Source: Pseudolabrys sp. (lineage in GTDB: Bacteria > Pseudomonadota > Alphaproteobacteria > Rhizobiales > Xanthobacteraceae). Taken from it: a stretch of 64,000 nucleotides of DNA. The stretch spans positions 147,740-211,739 of the forward strand of contig JAFIGS010000014.1 in assembly GCA_017849615.1 (NCBI GenBank), given 5' to 3'. Below the pieces are notes generated by a model. That model made no database searches, was not told where the DNA came from, and saw nothing but the letters and a program-made list of their open reading frames with translations. The position numbers and the translations under genes were made by a program. This document shows, piece after piece, positions 43,921 to 53,934 of this stretch. Each line of letters begins with the position of its first letter. The first letter of the stretch is position 1.

Positions 43921-44643
43921 CTAAACCCCCAAATACCGGTGCTGCACGTCGGTGTTGCCGGCAAGCTCGGCCGACAGTCCCGACCACACGATCTTGCCGC
44001 GCTCGATCATGAAATGCCGGTCGGCGACCTTGATCAGCGCGCCGACATTCTTGTCGATCACCATCACCGACAGACCGGACTGCTTGAGCCGCGCCAGGCA
44101 GTTCCAGATTTCCTGACGAATGAGCGGCGCGAGGCCTTCGGTCGCCTCGTCGAGAATGAGCAGGCGCGGATTGGTCATCAGCGCGCGGCCGACGGCCAAC
44201 ATCTGCTGCTCGCCGCCGGACAACTGATTGCCCATGCTGGCGGCGCGCTCCGCCAGCCGCGGAAACAGGTCGTAGACGCGCTCCAGAGTCCATTCGCCGC
44301 CGTCGCGCGTCACCGCCGTGGCGACGAGGTTCTCGCGCACGGTGAGATTGGGGAAGATCTGGCGGCCCTCCGGCACCAGGCCGATGCCGCGCTGGGCGAT
44401 ACGGTACGCCGGCAGGCCGCGGATTTCCTCGCCCATGAACCTGATCGCGCCGGCGCGCGCCGCGGTCAGGCCCATGATCGAACGCACGCTGGTGGTCTTG
44501 CCCATGCCGTTGCGGCCCATGAGCGTCACCATCTCGCCGGGCTGAATGGCGAAGGACACGCCGAACAGCACCTGGCTCTGGCCGTAGCAGGTTTCGACGC
44601 CGTCGAGGCTGAGAAGTGGCTCAACCGAATTCTGGTCAGCCAT
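43921..44643 (-). CDS. branched-chain-amino-acid-type (HAAT) ABC transporter ATP-binding protein, LivF-like
   Basis: ORF 43921..44946 trimmed to ATG 44643 (MADQNSVEPLLSLDGVETCYG). Walker A GRNGMGKTT, signature LSGGEQQM, Walker B LLILDEATEGL. Confidence 0.9.
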   Translation of the reverse strand: MADQNSVEPLLSLDGVETCYGQSQVLFGVSFAIQPGEMVTLMGRNGMGKTTSVRSIMGLTAARAGAIRFMGEEIRGLPAYRIAQRGIGLVPEGRQIFPNLTVRENLVATAVTRDGGEWTLERVYDLFPRLAERAASMGNQLSGGEQQMLAVGRALMTNPRLLILDEATEGLAPLIRQEIWNCLARLKQSGLSVMVIDKNVGALIKVADRHFMIERGKIVWSGLSAELAGNTDVQHRYLGV

Positions 44644-45397
44644 GGGCCACCTCCGCGTCGCCGAGATAGGCCTCGCGCACCTGCGCATTGGCGCGGATAT
44701 CGTTCGGCATGCCGGTCGCGATGACACGGCCATAGACCAGCACGGTGATGCGATCGGCGAGCGCGAACACTGCCTCCATGTCGTGCTCGACCAGCAGGAT
44801 GGTGTAGCCGCGCTTGATGTCGCGCAGCATCTCCACCATGCGCGCCGACTCCTCGGGGCCGAGGCCGGCCATCGGCTCGTCGAGCAGCAGCATGCGCGGC
44901 TTGACCGCAAGCGCCATGGCCAGCTCGAGCAGGCGATGTTCGCCATGGCTCAATTCGGCGGTGATCTTGTCGGCGCTGGCGGCGAGCCCGACGCGCGCGA
45001 GCGCCTCGCGCGCCGGCTGGCGCAGCGCCACTTCCGAGCGGGCGTCGCTCCAGAACGAGAAGGAGTGCCCGGCATGGGCCTGCACCGCGAGCGCCACATT
45101 GTCGATCACGCTCATGTCGAGAAACAGCGACGTGATCTGAAACGAGCGCGCCAGCCCGAAATGGCTGCGCTTCGGCATGGACAGGCGGGTGATCTCCTGT
45201 CCGTCGAAGGTAATGCGGCCGGCATCGGCGAAGATCGAACCCGACAACTGCGCGATCAGCGTCGTTTTGCCGGCACCGTTCGGGCCGATCAGCGCATGCA
45301 GTTCGCCCTGCGGAATGGCGAGCGACACATTGTCGGTGGCGACGATGCCGCCAAAGCGCTTGGCGAGGTTCTCGACCTGAAGAAGCGGCGCGCTCAT
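44636..45397 (-). CDS. HAAT ABC transporter ATP-binding protein, LivG-like
   Basis: 253-aa ORF. Walker A GPNGAGKTT, signature-like LSHGEHRLLELAMAL, Walker B LLLDEPMAGL. Confidence 0.9.
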   Translation of the reverse strand: MSAPLLQVENLAKRFGGIVATDNVSLAIPQGELHALIGPNGAGKTTLIAQLSGSIFADAGRITFDGQEITRLSMPKRSHFGLARSFQITSLFLDMSVIDNVALAVQAHAGHSFSFWSDARSEVALRQPAREALARVGLAASADKITAELSHGEHRLLELAMALAVKPRMLLLDEPMAGLGPEESARMVEMLRDIKRGYTILLVEHDMEAVFALADRITVLVYGRVIATGMPNDIRANAQVREAYLGDAEVAHG

Positions 45398-46422
45398 GAC
45401 CGCCCCCGCTGCTTGAATTTGTCGCCGATGAGATTGAGCAGGCCGTCAATGCCGCCGCGTGCGAACAGTACCACCAGCAGCAGCAGCGGGCCCATCACGA
45501 TCATCCAGTATTCCGAGGCGCGAGCCGCCGCGCTGGCGCCGACAAAGGGCACGCCGCCGAGCTTGATGAGGATCGGCAGGATCTCCTCCAGGACGAGGAA
45601 AGCGATGGCGCCCATCACGGGGCCCGCCACCGTGCCCATACCACCGAGGACGACCATGATGATGAGGTCGCCGGACCGCGTCCAGTACATCATCGACGGC
45701 GAGACGAAATCCCCCTGATTGGCAAGGAGAATGCCGGAAATTCCGCACAGGACGCCGGCGATGACGAAGGCGGTGAGCTTGTATCGATAGGTCGAGAAGC
45801 CGATGGCGCGCATGCGCGCGTCGTTCGAGCGCGTGCCTTGCAGCACCATGCCGAAGCGCGAATTGACCAGCCGGTAGAGGAAGTAGATCGCCAGATACAG
45901 GATGACCAGACAGACGTAATAAAACTGCGTCTTGCTCGACAGGTTCAGCGCTTCGAAGAATTGGCTGCGTTTGTAGATGGTCAGACCGTCGTCGCCGCCG
46001 TAACGGGCGATGCCCGAGACGATGTAATAGGCCATCTGCGCGAAAGCGAGCGTGATCATGATGAAGTAGACGCCGCGGGTGCGCAGCGACAGCGCGCCGG
46101 TCACCAGCGCAAACAGCGCCGAGGCGAGGATCGCCACCGGCCACTGGATGAAGCCGCTATAGATGCCCTCTTTCGCCAGCATGCCGACGGCATAGCCGCC
46201 GATGCCGAGATAGACGGCGTGGCCGAAGCTCATCATGCCGCCAAAGCCGAGAATCAGGTTCAGGCTCAGCGCCGACAGCGCGAGAATGACGATGCGCGTG
46301 AACAAGGTCAGCGCAAACCGGTCGCCCGCCAGCTGCGAATAGACCGGCAGCAGAGCCAAAGCGATGAGCACCAGCGCGACGACGACATTGCGAAGCGTGA
46401 GTGGCGGCAACCTGAACGGCAT
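45394..46422 (-). CDS. HAAT ABC transporter permease, LivM-like
   Basis: 342-aa multi-TM ORF with MSFGHAVYLGIGGYA, as in LivM-type permeases. It overlaps its neighbours by 4 nt and 1 nt. Confidence 0.9.
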   Translation of the reverse strand: MPFRLPPLTLRNVVVALVLIALALLPVYSQLAGDRFALTLFTRIVILALSALSLNLILGFGGMMSFGHAVYLGIGGYAVGMLAKEGIYSGFIQWPVAILASALFALVTGALSLRTRGVYFIMITLAFAQMAYYIVSGIARYGGDDGLTIYKRSQFFEALNLSSKTQFYYVCLVILYLAIYFLYRLVNSRFGMVLQGTRSNDARMRAIGFSTYRYKLTAFVIAGVLCGISGILLANQGDFVSPSMMYWTRSGDLIIMVVLGGMGTVAGPVMGAIAFLVLEEILPILIKLGGVPFVGASAAARASEYWMIVMGPLLLLVVLFARGGIDGLLNLIGDKFKQRGRS

Positions 46423-47336
46423 CAGCGCTGCCCCGCCGAGAACAGGCCTTCGGGCTTCACGATCAGGACGATGGCCATCAGGAGATAGATCAGCATCGAC
46501 GACAAAGCCGGCGCCAGCGTCGAAGCGGCCGTGGGCGACAGCATCTCACGCAGGATGTCCGGGAAGTAGGACCGGCCGAGCGTATCGATGAAGCCGACGA
46601 ACAGGGCCGCCACCAGCGCGCCGCGGATCGAGCCGATGCCGCCGATCACGGTGATGACGAAGGCAAGGATGAGGATGTTCTCGCCCATGCCGATCTGCAC
46701 GGTAAGGATTGGCGCATTCATCAGGCCGGCAAGGCCCGCCAGCGCGGCGCCAAGGCCGAACACCAGTGTGTAGAGCAGCTTGATGTTGACGCCGAGCGCG
46801 CCGACCATTTCGCGATTGGAAGCGCCGGCGCGGATCAGCATGCCGGTGCGGGTGCGCATCACCAGCAGATAGAGACCCGCCGCGACGGCAAGCGACACGA
46901 CGATGATCGAAAACCTGTAGGCCGAATACTGGAAGCCAAAGATCGAAAGCGGCTGCTGCAGCCAGCCCGGCAGCGGCAATGACAGCCCGGCCGGCCCCCA
47001 GATGATACGTACCAGCTCGTTGAAGAACAGGATCAGGCCGAAAGTGCCGAGCACATGATCGAGATGATCCCGGCCATAGAGCCGTCGCATGGCGATCACC
47101 TCGACCGCCATGCCGACGACAAGCGTCGCCGCCAGCCCCACCACGGCGCCGGCGATGAAGCTGCCGGTCAGCGCCGTGAAGGTGGCGGCAAAATAGGCGC
47201 CCATCATATAGAGCGAGCCGTGCGCCAGATTGACCAGATCCATGATGCCGAACACCAGCGTCAATCCGGCCGCCAGCATGAACAGCAGCAGGCCGAATTG
47301 CAGGCCGTTGAGGCATTGCTCGATGAAAAGGGTCAT
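46422..47336 (-). CDS. HAAT ABC transporter permease, LivH-like
   Basis: 304-aa multi-TM ORF with MDLVNLAHGSLYMMGAYF, as in LivH-type permeases. Confidence 0.9.
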   Translation of the reverse strand: MTLFIEQCLNGLQFGLLLFMLAAGLTLVFGIMDLVNLAHGSLYMMGAYFAATFTALTGSFIAGAVVGLAATLVVGMAVEVIAMRRLYGRDHLDHVLGTFGLILFFNELVRIIWGPAGLSLPLPGWLQQPLSIFGFQYSAYRFSIIVVSLAVAAGLYLLVMRTRTGMLIRAGASNREMVGALGVNIKLLYTLVFGLGAALAGLAGLMNAPILTVQIGMGENILILAFVITVIGGIGSIRGALVAALFVGFIDTLGRSYFPDILREMLSPTAASTLAPALSSMLIYLLMAIVLIVKPEGLFSAGQR

Positions 47337-47369
47337 GCGTCTCGTCTATGCAAGCTTCGTGCAGTTTTC

Positions 47370-47472
47370 CGTCATTCCGTGGCGCGCTGAAAGCGCGAAC
47401 CCGGAATCCATACGCCGCAGCCAGGGATATGAATTCCGGGTTCGCTCGCCTTGCTCGCGCCGCGGAATGACG
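47370..47472. repeat. nested-palindromic REP/MITE-like element, family 1, copy D
   Basis: CGTCATTCCGTGGC...CCCGGAATCCATACGCCGCAGCCAGGGATATGAATTCCGGG...GCGCCGCGGAATGACG. It lies between the binding-protein gene and the first permease gene. Confidence 0.9.
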
Positions 47473-47488
47473 GAGACAGTATAAAGCA

Positions 47489-47526
47489 AGACGGCGGAAA
47501 CGCTGTCGCTTCCGCCGTCTTTTTAT
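47489..47526. terminator. strong hairpin after the binding-protein gene (partial terminator / mRNA stabiliser)
   Basis: AGACGGCGGAA-(10 nt)-TTCCGCCGTCT forms an 11-bp stem. T5 (TCTTTTTAT) follows it on the plus strand. On the coding (minus) strand it is followed only by CTTGCTTTA. It sits 13 nt downstream of the stop at 47540. Confidence 0.6.
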
Positions 47527-47539
47527 GGTCGCCCGACTT

Positions 47540-48715
47540 TTACTTCATCGGGCACTTGGCGGCGAAGCGGTCCTGATCGTCCTTGACGATGGTCGCCACG
47601 GTCTTGAGTGACAATTCGCCGCTGGCATCCTTCACCACGTCCTGCAGGTAGAAGTTCTGGATCGGGAAATGGTTGTTGCCGAACTTGAAGCCGCCGCGCA
47701 GCGACTTGAAATCGGCCTTTTCCATCGCCTTCTGTACGGCCGTCTTGTCCGACAGATTGCCCTTGGTCGCGACCACGGCCGAATTGATGAGCTGCGCCGC
47801 GTCATAGGATTGCGCGCCGTAATAGGTCGGACGCAGACCCGGATACTTCTTGCGATAGTCCTCGACGAACTTCTTGTTCTGCTCGTTGGGCAGGTCGTGC
47901 ACCCACTGCTGCGCGCCCGGCACGCCGATCGCGTTGTCCTTCTGCAGCGGCAGCGACAATTCGTCGACGGTGAAGGCGGTGTAGAGCGGCATCGTGGCCT
48001 TGAGGCCCGACGCGGCGTACTGGTTCAGGAACTGCACGCCGGCGGCGCCCGGATAGAACACGAAGATCGCGTCGGCGCCCGAAGCCTTGGCCTTGGCAAG
48101 CTCGGCCGAGAAGTCGAGCTGTGTCGGCCACGTCGTCAGTTCCTGGCCGACCACCTTGCCCTTGAAGGTCGAGGCGACGCCCGCGAGCATGTCCTTGCCG
48201 GCGGCGTAGTTCGGGCCGATCAGGAAGACGCTCTTCACGTTCTTCTGGTTCATGTAGAGACCGACGGCCTGCGGCGTCTGGTCGTTCTGCCACGACGTCG
48301 AGAAGAAGAACGGCGAGCACAATTCACCGGCGATCTGCGAAGGGCCGGCATTGGCGCTGATGAGGAAGGTCTTGGAATCGATCACCGGCTTGAGCGAGGC
48401 CAGCAGCACGTTCGACCAGATGTAACCGGCGACGAAATCGACCTTGTCGCTTTCGATCAGCTTCTCGGTCTTCTGCTTGCCGACGTCCGGCTTCTGCTGG
48501 TCGTCTTCGTAGATCACCTCGACCGGAATGCCGCCCATCTTGCGGCCCATGTGATCGAGCGCCAGTTCGAAGGAGTTGCGCATGTCGTTGCCGATCACCG
48601 CCGTCGGACCGCTGAAGGTCGAGACGAAGCCGATCTTGATCGTCTTGTTCTGCGCGGCGGCCGGCCCGGCCGCCAGAATGATCGCGGCACCGGCCGCAAG
48701 TAGCGTTCTACGCAT
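47540..48715 (-). CDS. HAAT ABC transporter periplasmic substrate-binding protein (LivJ/K-like fold), ligand unknown
   Basis: ORF trimmed to ATG 48715 (GGAGGAA upstream). Signal peptide MRRTLLAAGAAIILAAGPAAAQ. IKIGFVSTFSGPTAVIGNDMRNSFELAL is typical of type I binding proteins. Confidence 0.85.
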   Translation of the reverse strand: MRRTLLAAGAAIILAAGPAAAQNKTIKIGFVSTFSGPTAVIGNDMRNSFELALDHMGRKMGGIPVEVIYEDDQQKPDVGKQKTEKLIESDKVDFVAGYIWSNVLLASLKPVIDSKTFLISANAGPSQIAGELCSPFFFSTSWQNDQTPQAVGLYMNQKNVKSVFLIGPNYAAGKDMLAGVASTFKGKVVGQELTTWPTQLDFSAELAKAKASGADAIFVFYPGAAGVQFLNQYAASGLKATMPLYTAFTVDELSLPLQKDNAIGVPGAQQWVHDLPNEQNKKFVEDYRKKYPGLRPTYYGAQSYDAAQLINSAVVATKGNLSDKTAVQKAMEKADFKSLRGGFKFGNNHFPIQNFYLQDVVKDASGELSLKTVATIVKDDQDRFAAKCPMK

Positions 48716-48862
48716 TTTAATTCCTCCCCTTCGGGCCATTCCGGCCCCTTATGCATTCGCTGGATAATCTACCGGTAAAGCCGCGCAAACGTCTACGGTG
48801 AAGCGGACGCGGCAATGCGATATGATGACCGGGTCGAACTATAATTCTGAATTGGCCGAACC

Positions 48863-49702
48863 ATGCCCCCAACGATTGCCATTGTCGCGCCCGGCGCCAT
48901 GGGCGCCGGAGTCGCCAGTTGCCTCACAGCCAAGGGGGCAACCGTGCTCACCTCCCTCAACGGACGCAGCCCGGAAAGCAGGCAGCGCGCCGCCGCAGCG
49001 GGCATGCGGGACGTCAGCGACGCCGAGCTGGCGGAGGCGGATTTCCTGCTGTCGATCGTGCCGCCTGCGGACGCGGTCGCTCTGGCGCGGCGCCTCGCCC
49101 CCGTCCTCAAGGCCAGCAGCCGACGGACGGTTTATGTCGATTGCAATGCGGTCTCGCCGCCAACGGCGCAGGCGGTGGCCGACATCGTCGCGGCGACCGG
49201 CTGCGGCTTTGTCGATGCCGGCATTATCGGCCCGCCGCCGAAGCCCGGCTCGACCGCGACGAGGTTCTATGCCTCCGGCGAACGGGCTGGCGCGTTCGCC
49301 GCGCTGGGCGAATTCGGCTTGATCGTGCGGGTCCTCGACGGCCCGCTGACCGCCGCGTCGGCGCTGAAGATGTCCTATGCCGGCATCACCAAAGGTATCA
49401 CGGCGCTCGGTGCGGTCATGGCGCTCGCGGCGGTGCGCGGTGGCTCCGCCGACGCCTTGCGGGCGGAGCTCGCGGACAGCCAGCCGGAATTGCTGCGCTT
49501 TTTCGAGCGCATGGTGCCGCCGATGTATGGCAAGGCCTATCGTTGGGTCGCCGAACTCGAGGAAATCGCCGCCTTCGTCGGCACCGAACGCCCCGAAAGC
49601 GCAATGTTCTCCTCCGCCGCCCGGTTTTATGAAACGATCGCCGCCGATGTCGCGGGCGACAATCGCCAGACCGCCACTCTCGATTCTTTCCTCAAGAAGT
49701 AG
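48863..49702 (+). CDS. NAD(P)-binding 6-phosphogluconate-dehydrogenase-like oxidoreductase (DUF1932-type C-terminus)
   Basis: 279-aa ORF. N-terminal Rossmann motif is IAIVAPGAMGAGVA. C-terminal part contains ASALKMSYAGITKGITALG. Family assignment is from recollection. Confidence 0.6.
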   Translation: MPPTIAIVAPGAMGAGVASCLTAKGATVLTSLNGRSPESRQRAAAAGMRDVSDAELAEADFLLSIVPPADAVALARRLAPVLKASSRRTVYVDCNAVSPPTAQAVADIVAATGCGFVDAGIIGPPPKPGSTATRFYASGERAGAFAALGEFGLIVRVLDGPLTAASALKMSYAGITKGITALGAVMALAAVRGGSADALRAELADSQPELLRFFERMVPPMYGKAYRWVAELEEIAAFVGTERPESAMFSSAARFYETIAADVAGDNRQTATLDSFLKK

Positions 49703-49704
49703 CC

Positions 49705-50496
49705 ATGTCGGAATCATCCATTCTCGTTCGGCGCCAGATCGGTTTCCGCGTCATCACGCTCAATCGTCCCGACCGGCTCAACGCCTTCAACGACGCGATG
49801 CACGAAGTGCTGCGGGACGCCATCGACGAAGCGGAGGCGGACGAGGATTGCCGCGCGCTGTTGCTGACCGGCGCGGGCCGCGCATTCTGCTCAGGTCAGG
49901 ACCTTGCCGACCGCCTGCTCAAGCCGGGCGAAAAGCCGGTGCCGCGCGAGTCACTGGAAAAATACTACAATCCGCTGGTGCGGAGATTGCGCGCCCTGCC
50001 CTTTCCGGTGGTCGGCGCGGTCAATGGCGTCGCGGCGGGCGCCGGCGCCAATATCGCGCTGGCCTGCGACATCGTCATCGCCGCGCGCTCCGCCACCTTC
50101 ACGCAATCCTTCGCCCGCATCGGGCTCATCCCGGATTCCGGCGGCACCTACATCCTGCCGCGCCTGGTCGGCGAGGCGCGCGCCCGCGCGCTGATGTTGA
50201 CGGCACAGCCGGTGCCGGCCGAGCGTGCCGCCGAAATGGGCATGATCTGGCGCTGTGTCGACGACGAGCAACTGATGCCGGAAGCTACCGCGCTGTGCGA
50301 ACAATTTGCCACCGCCCCGACGCAGGGACTGGCGCTCATCAAACGCGCGCTCGATGCCTCCGCCACCAACACTTTCGAAGAACAACTCGACCTTGAACGC
50401 GACCTGCAGCGCGACGCCGTGCTGTCGCCGGACTACGCCGAAGGCGTCCGCGCCTTCATGGAGAAGCGGAAGCCGAATTTCCGCGGCCGGAAATAA
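49705..50496 (+). CDS. enoyl-CoA hydratase/isomerase (crotonase) family protein, PaaG-like
   Basis: 263-aa ORF. Crotonase motifs are LLLTGAGRAFCSGQDL and VVGAVNGVAAGAGANIALACDIVIAA. The C-terminus contains DYAEGVRAFMEKRKPNF. Confidence 0.85.
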   Translation: MSESSILVRRQIGFRVITLNRPDRLNAFNDAMHEVLRDAIDEAEADEDCRALLLTGAGRAFCSGQDLADRLLKPGEKPVPRESLEKYYNPLVRRLRALPFPVVGAVNGVAAGAGANIALACDIVIAARSATFTQSFARIGLIPDSGGTYILPRLVGEARARALMLTAQPVPAERAAEMGMIWRCVDDEQLMPEATALCEQFATAPTQGLALIKRALDASATNTFEEQLDLERDLQRDAVLSPDYAEGVRAFMEKRKPNFRGRK

Positions 50497-50640
50497 ACCC
50501 GCCGGGAAGTTGTATCCGGCGACGGGCGGCGCACCGTTGACTCCGCCGGGCCGGTCGTTAGCATACATACAATCTCGGAGCGTACGGTCGGCGGGAAACG
50601 GCTAGAATTTCCGGACCGCAGTGCGTGAAGGAAGGCCCGC

Positions 50641-51498
50641 ATGAAGCCCGCGCCCTTTATCCGCCATGTGCCCCGCACCCTCGACGAGGCGCTCGCGACC
50701 CTTGCCGAAGTGGCCGGCGAGGACGGCCGCATTCTCGCCGGCGGCCAGAGCCTTGTGCCGATCATGGCGTTCCGGCTCGCCAAGCCGGCGCATCTCGTGG
50801 ATATCAATGAGGTCGCGGGCCTCGACAAGCTGGCCGACGACGGCAAATTCCTCACCATCGGCGCCCGCGTGCGCCACGCGGCCTTCCACGAGCCGGTCAC
50901 AGCCAACCCGCTGGGCCGGCTTCTTACATATGTGGCCAGGCACATCGCGCATTATCCGATCCGCATGCGCGGCACGTTTTGCGGCAGCCTCGCCCATGCC
51001 GACCCGTCGTCGGAATGGTGCCTGACCGCAGCGACGCTCGACGCCGTCATGGTGGCAAAAAGTGTCAAGGGTACGCGCGAGATCAGGGCCGACGGCTTCT
51101 TTGACGGCATCATGTCGACGCATCTCAAGGAAGGCGAACTGCTCGCGGAGGTCCGGCTGCCGCTGCTGCCGCCTGACGGCAAATTCGGCTTCTATGAGTT
51201 CAGCCGCCGCGCCGGCGACTTCGCCATGTCAGCCGCGCTCGCGACCTATCGGCTCGACGGCGGCAAGATGACCGATGTACGCGTCGGCCTCGGCGGCGCC
51301 GAAGCGTCGCCGCGGCGCATTCCGGAAGCCGAAGCCGAGCTCAACGGCAAGGCGCCGGGCGACGCCGCCTTCCGCGCCGCCGGCGAAGCGGCCAGCGCCG
51401 CCATCGAGCCGCTCGAGGATCACCAGACCGACGCCGAGTATCGCCGCGATCTGGTCAAGGTGGTCGTGCGCCGCGCGCTGGAGCATTCGCTCATATGA
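50641..51498 (+). CDS. xanthine dehydrogenase-family FAD-binding (medium, CoxM/CutM-like) subunit
   Basis: 285-aa ORF with ILAGGQSLVPIMAFRLAKPAHLVDIN (FAD_binding_5 pattern). Its stop overlaps the start of the next gene. Confidence 0.85.
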   Translation: MKPAPFIRHVPRTLDEALATLAEVAGEDGRILAGGQSLVPIMAFRLAKPAHLVDINEVAGLDKLADDGKFLTIGARVRHAAFHEPVTANPLGRLLTYVARHIAHYPIRMRGTFCGSLAHADPSSEWCLTAATLDAVMVAKSVKGTREIRADGFFDGIMSTHLKEGELLAEVRLPLLPPDGKFGFYEFSRRAGDFAMSAALATYRLDGGKMTDVRVGLGGAEASPRRIPEAEAELNGKAPGDAAFRAAGEAASAAIEPLEDHQTDAEYRRDLVKVVVRRALEHSLI

Positions 51499-53876
51499 GT
51501 GCCCACACCAAAGGCTCCGGTGGCGACGGCCTGAAGTGGGTCGGCCGCTCGATCCGCCGGCTGGAAGACCCGGCCCTGGTGCAAGGCCGCGGGCGCTTCA
51601 CCGCCGACCTGCCGGCCGCGCATTGGGTGCGTTTCGTGCGCAGCCCGAACGCCGCCGGCAAGATCAGGGGCATCACCGCGCCCGACGGCGCCGTGGTGAT
51701 CACCGCCGCCGACATCGCCGGCGTGAAGAAGATCACGCCGATGCTGCACAAGTTCAATTACAAGCCGGTCGGCCAGCCGATCCTGGCCGAGGGCGAAGTG
51801 CGGTTTGTCGGCGAAGCCGTAGCCGCCGTTGTTGCCGCGACAGAAGAGGACGCCGAGGACTTCGCCGACCTCGTCGAAATCGACATCGAGGACGCGCCCG
51901 CCCTCGTAGACGGTCGCGCCGCGATCGCCGACGGCGCGCCGCAACTTCATGCCGGCGTACCCGGCAATGTCATAGTAAAAGGCGAATTCAAGACACCGGG
52001 TTTCGATGATGTGTGGACCGGTGCGGCAAAGATCATACGCTGCGAGGCGCGCTCCAACCGGCAGAACGCGACGCCGATGGAAGCGCGGGCCGCCCACGCC
52101 GCTTACGATTCCGCGACGGGCCGCATCACGCTCCACTGCACCACGCAGATGCCGCATCTGGTGCGCACGGCGATTGCCGACTGCCTCGGCATCCCGGAAT
52201 CAGATCTGCGCGTGATTGCGCCCGATGTCGGCGGCGGCTTCGGCCAGAAGATGTCGCTGTGCCCCGAATACGTGCTCATCGCCTGGCTGGCGCGGCACCT
52301 CCAATCGTCCGTCGCCTGGACCGAGGACCGGCGTGAAAACCTGATCGCGTCGTTTCATTCGCGAGATCAGTACATCACGCTGGAGGGCGCCTTCGACGCG
52401 AACGCGAAGTTGCTCGCGCTGCGGGCCAACGTACTCGCCAATACCGGCGCCTATTCCTGTTTCCCGACCTCCTGCGGCATGGAGCCGTTGATGGCCATGG
52501 CCGAAATGCCGGGCCCCTACGACGTGCAGCAATACGAATGCCTTGCCCGCGCGGTCGTCACCAACACCTGCACGATGGGCGCTTATCGCGGCGTGTCGCG
52601 TCCCTCCATCACCTTCACGCTGGAGCGGCTGATGGACAAGGCGGCCAAAGCTTTCGCCATCGATCCGCTCGACATTCGCCGCAAGAACCTGATCACGCAA
52701 TTTCCCTACAAGTCGGCAATCGGCCTCGAATACGACGAGGCCAGCTATCGCGAGACCATGGAGACGGCGGTCGAGGCCATCAACGTGCCGGCCTTCCGCG
52801 CCCGCCAGCAACTGGCGCGCGACAAGGGCGAATATCTCGGCATCGGCTTTGCCACCTTTTCCGAACGCACGGGCTATGGTTCGCCCGCCTTTGCCGCGCG
52901 CGGCATGGCGATCACGCCCGGCTGGGAGACGGTGCACATCTCCGTCGATCCCTCCGGCTTCGTCGAGGCGCGCATCGGCTCGTCGCCGCATGGCCAGGGC
53001 CTGCGCACGACCTTGGCGCAAATCATCGCCGAAGAGATCGGCGTGCCGCCGCAGACGATCAAGGTCGTCCACGGCGACACCGATACGGCGCCTTATGGCT
53101 GGGGCACCTTTGCGAGCCGGTCGCTGGTGATTTCAGGCGGCGCGACCTTGATCGCGGCGCGGAAAGTCCGTGCCAAGCTTCTCAAGATTGCAGGCCACAT
53201 GCTGGAAGCGGCCGAGACCGACATTGTGCTGGAAGATGGCAAGGCCAAGGTCGCCGGCACGGATCGCGAAGTGACCGTCGCGGCGATGGCGCGGGAAGCC
53301 TATACGCAGACGCACCGCTTCAAGGGTGAGATCGAGCCCGGCCTCACCGAGAGCGGCACCTACGATCCCCCCGGCACCTTTTCCAACGCCTGCCACGTCG
53401 CCATCGTGCGGCTCGATGTCGAGACAGGCCACGTCAAGGTGGAGCGCTATCTCGTCGCCGAGGATGCCGGCCGCATCATCAATCCGATGATCGCCGACGG
53501 CCAGGTCCATGGCGGTGTCGCGCAGGGTATCGGCAACGCGCTGCTTGAGGAGATCATCTACGACGAGAGCGGCGCGATCCTGACCGCCAACCTCGCCGAC
53601 TTCATGCCGCCGACCGCGCATGAAATTCCGCCGATCGAACTGCATCACATGGAAACGCCGTCCACGCAGTCGATCACCAGGGCCAAGGGCCTCGGCGAAG
53701 GCGGCACGATCGGACCGCCGGCCGCCATCGTGAATGCCATCAACGATGCGCTGACGCCGTTCAATGTCGAGATCGACACCATTCCGGCCACGCCGCAGCG
53801 CATCCGCGCGCTGCTGCGCAATGCAACAAACTCCGCTCGTCCCCGCGCAGGCGGGGACCCAGGAGCCACAACATGA
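51495..53876 (+). CDS. xanthine dehydrogenase-family molybdopterin-binding (large) subunit, copy 1
   Basis: 793-aa ORF. Motifs are VGRSIRRLEDPALVQGRGRF, APDVGGGFGQK, WTEDRRENL, the loop GAYRGVSRP, and C-terminal GLGEGGTIGPP. The last 14 codons lie inside repeat E1. Confidence 0.9.
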   Translation: MSAHTKGSGGDGLKWVGRSIRRLEDPALVQGRGRFTADLPAAHWVRFVRSPNAAGKIRGITAPDGAVVITAADIAGVKKITPMLHKFNYKPVGQPILAEGEVRFVGEAVAAVVAATEEDAEDFADLVEIDIEDAPALVDGRAAIADGAPQLHAGVPGNVIVKGEFKTPGFDDVWTGAAKIIRCEARSNRQNATPMEARAAHAAYDSATGRITLHCTTQMPHLVRTAIADCLGIPESDLRVIAPDVGGGFGQKMSLCPEYVLIAWLARHLQSSVAWTEDRRENLIASFHSRDQYITLEGAFDANAKLLALRANVLANTGAYSCFPTSCGMEPLMAMAEMPGPYDVQQYECLARAVVTNTCTMGAYRGVSRPSITFTLERLMDKAAKAFAIDPLDIRRKNLITQFPYKSAIGLEYDEASYRETMETAVEAINVPAFRARQQLARDKGEYLGIGFATFSERTGYGSPAFAARGMAITPGWETVHISVDPSGFVEARIGSSPHGQGLRTTLAQIIAEEIGVPPQTIKVVHGDTDTAPYGWGTFASRSLVISGGATLIAARKVRAKLLKIAGHMLEAAETDIVLEDGKAKVAGTDREVTVAAMAREAYTQTHRFKGEIEPGLTESGTYDPPGTFSNACHVAIVRLDVETGHVKVERYLVAEDAGRIINPMIADGQVHGGVAQGIGNALLEEIIYDESGAILTANLADFMPPTAHEIPPIELHHMETPSTQSITRAKGLGEGGTIGPPAAIVNAINDALTPFNVEIDTIPATPQRIRALLRNATNSARPRAGGDPGATT

Positions 53877-53928
53877 TGCCCCTGAGAATGTTGCCTCTGG
53901 ATCCCCGCTTTCGCGGGGATGAACGGAG
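53831..53928. repeat. double-hairpin palindromic element, family 2, copy E1
   Basis: CTCCGCTCGTCCCCGCGCAGGCGGGGACCCAGG...CCTCTGGATCCCCGCTTTCGCGGGGATGAACGGAG. Each arm contains its own CCCCGCG/CGCGGGG hairpin. The element spans the stop of the large subunit gene and ends 6 nt before the ATG of the Fe-S subunit gene. Confidence 0.85.
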
Positions 53929-53934
53929 ATTGAG

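Noticed and set aside
11402-47472. The recurring short repeats as a CRISPR array.
   Set aside because: Copies are kilobases apart, each is internally palindromic at about 100 bp, and they lie between unrelated genes. There is no regular repeat-spacer periodicity and no cas genes.
50641-51498. 4-hydroxybenzoyl-CoA reductase (HbaBCD/HcrCAB-like) assignment, suggested by the neighbouring crotonase and CoA-ligase-type genes.
   Set aside because: The FAD subunit is only 285 aa and has just three Cys. It lacks the Cys-rich insertion that binds the extra [4Fe-4S] cluster in that enzyme.
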